Shown here in pieces: positions 58,788-64,000 of a stretch of 64,000 nucleotides of DNA; within the stretch, counting starts at the first letter, position 1; each line of letters opens with the position of its first letter. The notes below the pieces were generated by a model, which saw only the letters and a list, made by a program, of their open reading frames with translations, was not told where the DNA came from and searched no databases. Source of the DNA: a virus; IMG/VR virus record IMGVR_UViG_3300012642_000011, positions 96,001 through 160,000 of that record; one strand, given 5' to 3'. The position numbers and the translations under genes are program-made.

Positions 58788-58914
58788 CTTGCTCTCCTAT
58801 GTGAGTTCATATAGATACATTTCTCTCTATAAACATAATGGTAAGATATACTTGACATCCTCATCATCGACGTGCTATGATGGTCATATCACGTCAACAC
58901 GAATGATGAAACAA

Positions 58915-58987
58915 GCCCGCATAGTTCAGTTGGTAGAACACTTTCTTGGTAAGAAAGAGGTCGTCGGTTCAATCCCGACTGCGGGAC
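58915..58987 (+). tRNA. tRNA-Thr (GGT) (G1·A72 mismatch)
   Basis: Acceptor gcccgca/tgcggga. D-arm gttc/gaac. Anticodon stem ctttc/gaaag, loop ttGGTaa. T-arm gtcgg-ttcaatc-ccgac. Consensus promoter TTGACA-18-TATGAT about 50 nt upstream. Confidence 0.7.
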
Positions 58988-59020
58988 CAAAAGATATCTG
59001 ATCAACTTTGAGAGGTTATA

Positions 59021-59383
59021 ATGCGCGATTCACAGGAACCGTTGATGTCAGATGGGTGGAAGACCGCTTCACGAAAGAAAAAGAACACAAAGAAATGGTG
59101 CAAGGGCAAGGTCGGCGTAGAACATAAGCCAGTAGTAAAGATCAACGAAAAGATCCTTCTTGGCCGTCGCTCAAACTGCGAGTTCTTTGTAGACAACGAT
59201 TACGTGCAGAGCTTCTTAGATTGTGATCACCACGTTGTCTGTGAGGTGTGCAACAAGGAGTTGCAATGGCATCCTGATGTCTGCCCGATTACACAGAAGC
59301 CAATTTCAAATGAAATCACCGATCACAAGGAAAGACTTCTAACTCAAGGGATATCTAAAGTTCTCCACTATAGAGAAGTTTAA
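59021..59383 (+). CDS. hypothetical Cys/His-rich (zinc-finger-like) protein
   Basis: SD agagg upstream. C..C and CDHH...C..C patterns. 120 aa. Confidence 0.45.
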   Translation: MRDSQEPLMSDGWKTASRKKKNTKKWCKGKVGVEHKPVVKINEKILLGRRSNCEFFVDNDYVQSFLDCDHHVVCEVCNKELQWHPDVCPITQKPISNEITDHKERLLTQGISKVLHYREV

Positions 59384-59527
59384 GTACTAAACAATAAGAT
59401 CATCAGTTCAAATCTAGTCACCCTGCTATCGTTCTCATAAGATACAAGTGTCATCTCTACATTGATTAACCTATTACGATGGTAATTTTTAGAGAAGAGT
59501 GATGAGAAAACAGCAGGTGATAAGAAC

Positions 59528-60541
59528 ATGAAATACCATATTGATGATAATGGGACACCAAAAGTATGTGATGCTTCTTATGATAACTGTCCTTATGGGG
59601 CTGATGCTCCACACTTTGACAATAAGGCAGATGCTCACCAATACTATGAGAAGATCAATACGTCAGAGGAGATTCCTTCTGGACTGTCAAAGAAAAAGTC
59701 AAAGTCTCCTATGATGGTCTCTGTTTACAGAGCAGGCAGAATGAGTCCAGCCAGTGCTGAAGAGAGTTTTGAAGATCTAGAAAGGGTCAAGAAACTCTTT
59801 GATGATCGTGCCCCAGAAGGGAGGCAGAAAAGATCAGGAGCACTTTTCGCCAGTCCTGATTTAAAATCACATTCCAGATGGGTCGGCAGTTCTGGCCCTG
59901 CATCATTGACCAGTCATGAGTTTAAAGTAGATGCGAATAATGTATATATTTACAATGTCAATCTTTACGAGAATGCGTCTTATACGGATGAATCGGAAAG
60001 CATTGAAACTGTAAATAAAATGATTGATGATTATTGGAATTCTGGAATGACTCTTGCCCAATGGCATCAGATGTCCGAAGAGGAAAAGGGTGATTATGGC
60101 TCATGGGAGATTCTTCTTCCTTCAGATCGGGAATACAAAACTAAGAAAGTTCCTAATAAAACAGTAATCACTGAATCTGATCCTTCCCTATCAAATCAAC
60201 TCAATTGGTCTTTAGAGAGAAAACGAGCCAGAAATGGACTTATATGGAGAAAATCTCACCTATCAGAAGATGATTATCAGCAGGTAAAACAATCTCTTTC
60301 ATCAGAGAATATTGATGAAGAATTCATTGAAGACATGGAGAGCATTCATAGATCAAATGCTTACAGGGTTGAGGATTTGTATTCCGCAAGAATGGAAATC
60401 TACAACAAGTACAAGAACATCAGAAAGAAAAAAGATGACATAATACCCAATTACAGTCAGATCAATGACGGACAGAAGGAGGAGTTCTTCAATAAGGTTG
60501 AGGTCTATTTCAAGAAAACTGATGATTTTTCACATACATGA
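59528..60541 (+). CDS. shared N-terminal motif domain protein (337 aa)
   Basis: N-terminus MKYHIDDNGTPKVCDASYDNCPYGADAPHFDNKADAHQYYEKI. Confidence 0.55.
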   Translation: MKYHIDDNGTPKVCDASYDNCPYGADAPHFDNKADAHQYYEKINTSEEIPSGLSKKKSKSPMMVSVYRAGRMSPASAEESFEDLERVKKLFDDRAPEGRQKRSGALFASPDLKSHSRWVGSSGPASLTSHEFKVDANNVYIYNVNLYENASYTDESESIETVNKMIDDYWNSGMTLAQWHQMSEEEKGDYGSWEILLPSDREYKTKKVPNKTVITESDPSLSNQLNWSLERKRARNGLIWRKSHLSEDDYQQVKQSLSSENIDEEFIEDMESIHRSNAYRVEDLYSARMEIYNKYKNIRKKKDDIIPNYSQINDGQKEEFFNKVEVYFKKTDDFSHT

Positions 60542-60641
60542 GTAAGAATTATCGGATTATATTAAATCTTTTTATTTCATATAATCCAATAGCCTCCGAT
60601 ATTCCTTAATGCCATCTTAGTTTATCATAGGAGAATATGAT

Positions 60642-62567
60642 ATGAAAAACATAAAACTCAAAAAGATATCTGCTGCTGTAGTAATCTCATTTGCATCAGC
60701 AGGATTTTTGACTACTGCCAACGCCCCTGGCGCTTTCGCTCTTCCTGATTCTCAAGACAATGTTAATTCCAGCAATATCGTTGATACTGGTGGTCACGTT
60801 GATGTCACAGGAATCAACGCTACAGTTAACGACAATGATACTGTAACATATAAGTATCAAGTTTCTGTTCTTCCTATGATGTCTTCAGATCATGGTCAGA
60901 CTTCATCTGTTTTCAAGATGAGTGTCCCCCAATTTGTAGAGCAAGATCAGGTGAAGTTCACTCTGGTCGGAACATATGACTCTTCTGTTCACATTGACAA
61001 TGTAGATGGAATTAGTGTGCCTGCTACGGAAATCACAAGAGTCAACAGACCTCTTGATGTCTTCAGCGATCGTAATCTACTTTCCTACTATGATGATAAA
61101 ACTGGTAGTAGTAAAGCTAGTCATCAAATCCCCACTACTGATCAAATTCAACTTGAACTCGATAGTGGTTTAACGTCCATGCCGAATGCTGTCTTCTACA
61201 CACCTGCTGGCATTTTATATGAATCTTCAGAGGGACCAACTGAACCAACAGATAGCATGAACCGTTACTATATAGCAAGCAGCTTCGTTAAGCCAGTTGT
61301 CATGGAAGTAGAGATTACTGTTCCTCTAGATGCCGCTCAAACATATAAGACCGTCCCACTTCGAGTAGAGAATTTTACTAGGGCTTTTGAAACAGGCAGC
61401 GCAGAGACTGCCGAAGGAGCACAAAGATTCGATATCGCTCCATATCGATTCTGGGATGACTCAATTAAACAACTGGTCGAAGATTTCCCTGACCAATATG
61501 CAAATCTCCCCTATGTTGATGACTGGATGAGTCCTTTAACCCATCCTGAATTGATTGATGCTGCTTCTGTTCTTCCATCAGGGCTGATGGGAGTCTCTAC
61601 GTGTACTCCTACTAAACCATCTGCGTTCGGTACTATCGGCTATGACATTGCTGCCAGTGCATTCAGCTATGTTAATACCTTCGCCCTTGAAACACATCCA
61701 TATGCTAGTTTTTTGACCACTAAGAATGAAGACATGTGTGATCAGGATGCTATCATAAGCACCCAACTGTTCACTCCTGAAGCCACTGATGATTCATCAA
61801 CTGCTCCACAGGGTCAGTCTGTTGATATAGATGTTCTTAGCAATGACACTCCATCAAATGTAGACCTTGATCCTACTACTCTCAAATTGGTAGATGCAAA
61901 TGATGACCCTGTAGATACCTTGGTTGTTGATGGAGAAGGAACATGGACAGTCGTAGATGGTCGTTTGAATTTTACTCCACTCGCTGATTTCACAGGAGAA
62001 ACTACACCTGTTTCATACATTGTGAAAGATATGAACGGAAATTCAACTACTGCTAACGTTATGGTTACTGTAACTCCTGCGGTAACACCAGAGCCAACTC
62101 CAACACCAGAACCTACAAATCCTGTAGTAACACCAGAGCCAACTCCAACACCAGAACCAACAAATCCTGTAGTAACACCAGAACCAACACCCACACCAGA
62201 ACCAACAGACCCTGTAGTAACACCAGAACCAACACCAACACCAGAACCAACAAATCCTGTAGTAACACCAGAACCAACACCCACACCAGAACCAACAAAT
62301 CCTGTAGTAACACCAGAACCAACACCCACACCAGAACCAACAGACCCTGTAGTAACACCTACCACATCGGTAGTGGTATCAGATCCTACTACAGAGCCTG
62401 TGAAAACAGAAACTCCTCAGTCTGACAGCGTTCTGATTAAGACCGGAGAATCTGTAAAGAACGATAATCAGAATCTTCTTATGGCTGGTGTTCTTTCAGG
62501 TCTGGGAGTTTTGGGATTTATTGGATCTACTCTCGGAATCAGTCGTTTCAGGAAGAATAAGGCATGA
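60642..62567 (+). CDS. cell-wall-anchored surface protein (signal peptide, PT-rich tandem repeats, LPXTG-like LIKTG sorting signal)
   Basis: Signal peptide [28 protein letters not shown]. Six or more repeats of [16 protein letters not shown]-terminal LIKTGE, then a hydrophobic segment, then RFRKNKA. Confidence 0.65.
   Translation: MKNIKLKKISAAVVISFASAGFLTTANAPGAFALPDSQDNVNSSNIVDTGGHVDVTGINATVNDNDTVTYKYQVSVLPMMSSDHGQTSSVFKMSVPQFVEQDQVKFTLVGTYDSSVHIDNVDGISVPATEITRVNRPLDVFSDRNLLSYYDDKTGSSKASHQIPTTDQIQLELDSGLTSMPNAVFYTPAGILYESSEGPTEPTDSMNRYYIASSFVKPVVMEVEITVPLDAAQTYKTVPLRVENFTRAFETGSAETAEGAQRFDIAPYRFWDDSIKQLVEDFPDQYANLPYVDDWMSPLTHPELIDAASVLPSGLMGVSTCTPTKPSAFGTIGYDIAASAFSYVNTFALETHPYASFLTTKNEDMCDQDAIISTQLFTPEATDDSSTAPQGQSVDIDVLSNDTPSNVDLDPTTLKLVDANDDPVDTLVVDGEGTWTVVDGRLNFTPLADFTGETTPVSYIVKDMNGNSTTANVMVTVTPAVTPEPTPTPEPTNPVVTPEPTPTPEPTNPVVTPEPTPTPEPTDPVVTPEPTPTPEPTNPVVTPEPTPTPEPTNPVVTPEPTPTPEPTDPVVTPTTSVVVSDPTTEPVKTETPQSDSVLIKTGESVKNDNQNLLMAGVLSGLGVLGFIGSTLGISRFRKNKA
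62086..62365 (+). repeat. 42-nt in-frame tandem repeats (about 6.5 copies) encoding the PT-rich linker
   Basis: gtaacaccagaaccaacacc(a/c)acaccagaaccaaca(a/g)a(t/c)cct repeated. Confidence 0.8.
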
Positions 62568-62606
62568 AATAATCGATTATTTAGTTCTTAATCCTGAATA
62601 ATTAGA

Positions 62607-62660
62607 ACAACTGGTGGTAGCAGAAGATCAATTTGTTACCACCAGTTGTTTTTCATCAAG
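62607..62660 (+). terminator. terminator
   Basis: aacaactggtggtagca...tgttaccaccagttgtt plus tttt. Confidence 0.6.
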
Positions 62661-62948
62661 TACTTTGTAAATATTTGATCTCTTGAATACAGTACTTGAC
62701 ATCGATGAAAAGAAAAGATCTTTAGGTCTATTTCAAGAAAAATGATGATTTTTCACATACATGAAGTGATTTTACTTAATATGGAATCTATCGATTTTTA
62801 GTTCACCAAATATGGCAAGGATGCTCCATGCTGAAGCACGGAGCAGGATGTCAACCAACAATTTCCAACAACTTGTTTTAACTGTTGCTACCAGTATAAA
62901 AACCTTTCTTTTGATAGATTAGTTCTATGACAAAAGAAAGGTGTTCTC

Positions 62949-63662
62949 ATGCGTGTAGTCCATGGCCTCTGTGAAGCAAGGTATTCAGGAAGAGGAGACA
63001 CTGTTCTTCCGCTTTTTGAGAGAATGATTCTTTTAAAACAAGATGGAACTGTTGCTATTCATAGTAATACCAGTCTCAAGCCATTGAATTACATGAACGG
63101 TGGTGCCAAAGGCAGCATGGTGGAAACAATGGATGCTTTTGGCAGAAAAGTATGGATCTTTGAGAACTCTAAAGAAAACTTGACTATTACTTTTGACAGA
63201 ATTTTTTCTGACATGAGCATGGACATTCCTGAAGGAGACCCTGGCCTTGAGTATGATGGCACAGAAGATCAGATTCAAGAATTTTTGAGCAATAACATTA
63301 ATATTCTTAATGAAAACTTCGATTTTGTCCAACGTGAATACAGGACAGACAACGGCCCTGTTGACTTGCTTGCTTTCGATAGGGCAACTGGCAAGCATGT
63401 TCTCATTGAAGTCAAAAGAGTTGCCACTATGTCTGCACTTCATCAATTGAAGAGATATTGTGATGGTGTGACGGATTTTGAAGAGTTTGATTCTCTGTTG
63501 GTTGCTTTAGATGTTAGGCCAAAGACTAGAGAGAAAGCACTGAAGATGGGAACACCATGGATACAGTTGAGAAAAGACGATGTTCATATTGGTTGCTTCA
63601 TTGTTGATGAGACATCAGAAGACAGTATGAATGTAGAAGATAATCCCACTTTGCCATTATGA
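62949..63662 (+). CDS. NucS/EndoMS-like endonuclease (N-terminal DNA-binding domain plus C-terminal RecB-like PD-(D/E)XK domain)
   Basis: N-terminus MRVVHGLCEARYSGRGDTVLP...KQDGTVAIHS. C-terminal DLLAFD...HVLIEVKR nuclease motif. 237 aa. Confidence 0.5.
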   Translation: MRVVHGLCEARYSGRGDTVLPLFERMILLKQDGTVAIHSNTSLKPLNYMNGGAKGSMVETMDAFGRKVWIFENSKENLTITFDRIFSDMSMDIPEGDPGLEYDGTEDQIQEFLSNNINILNENFDFVQREYRTDNGPVDLLAFDRATGKHVLIEVKRVATMSALHQLKRYCDGVTDFEEFDSLLVALDVRPKTREKALKMGTPWIQLRKDDVHIGCFIVDETSEDSMNVEDNPTLPL

Positions 63663-63753
63663 AGACTGATTGATGCAGAGTAACTCTCCAATACCCTCAT
63701 CTTTGCTATGATCTCATCAGAGCATATAAAGCCAAATGATCAGGAAGAAAACA

Positions 63754-64000
63754 ATGATTCAGAACTCCTTAAGGTATATTTCAAACAACGCCAACTATGA
63801 TCCCCCTGTTATCACACCTGTGACGATTTCTGAATTGACTCATGGAAAACTGAATAGGTCCAAAGAAGGAATAAATGTCATCTGCAAGGACATTAACACA
63901 GACATCTTATGTAACTCTGTAGAAGCATACAAAGCACACGTATCAAGGAAAGCAAAAGGGATGAAACCAAGAAACCTCTACAATGTTGGAGGTCAGCCGG
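63754..64000 (+). CDS. hypothetical protein, 3' truncated at the window end
   Basis: ATG with SD aggaag. The ORF runs to the window edge. Confidence 0.3.
   Translation, partial: MIQNSLRYISNNANYDPPVITPVTISELTHGKLNRSKEGINVICKDINTDILCNSVEAYKAHVSRKAKGMKPRNLYNVGGQP

Noticed and set aside
61814-62365. Regular 42-nt repeats suggestive of a CRISPR array, and the G/V-rich minus-strand ORFs across them
   Set aside because: The repeats are contiguous with no spacers. They are in-frame within a long ORF that has a signal peptide and sorting signal. They encode a PT-rich linker.

Overview
This window looks like a tRNA-rich replication and host-takeover region of a large, low-GC, double-stranded DNA phage. 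The host appears Gram-positive: the window encodes a sortase-type LIKTG anchor, PASTA repeats, a type I signal peptidase, class Ib ribonucleotide reductase, TTGACA-17-TATGAT promoters and AGGAGG ribosome-binding sites. All coordinates and anticodons were derived by hand and should be confirmed with tRNAscan-SE/ARAGORN and HMM searches.

Coding content, almost all on the + strand:
- nrdF, then an inserted homing-endonuclease-like gene, then nrdE carrying two LAGLIDADG inteins.
- A candidate ADP-ribosyltransferase.
- An IS200/IS605 element (divergent tnpA and tnpB).
- An overlapping operon: AAA+ ATPase, small protein, signal peptidase I, unknown protein, Pif1/RecD helicase.
- A PASTA-repeat protein, a SpoU/TrmH RNA methyltransferase, SbcD/Mre11, a secreted peptidoglycan-hydrolase-like protein, an SNF2 helicase and a vWA protein.
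- A Type IIG restriction-modification enzyme, two tandem GNAT proteins, an LPXTG-like surface protein and a NucS-like nuclease.

Main observations:
- About 36 tRNA genes lie in clusters behind near-consensus promoters. Several are duplicated (Ser-TGA, Glu-CTC, Asp, His, Gly-TCC, Pro-TGG, Lys-CTT).
- One tRNA has anticodon CTA, an amber-suppressor candidate.
- Two class-I tRNAs carry the leucine anticodons CAG and AAG, and a class-II tRNA-Leu carries AAG with A34.
- Several tRNA-like fragments and two roughly 48-nt minihelices are present.
- Four paralogous homing-endonuclease-like genes (zinc-ribbon repeats plus a Vsr/DUF559-like core) are interleaved with the tRNA clusters.
- Seven proteins share a roughly 45-aa N-terminal His/Cys motif fused to different C-terminal domains, including the ADP-ribosyltransferase and the two GNAT proteins. 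This looks like an undescribed modular effector family.
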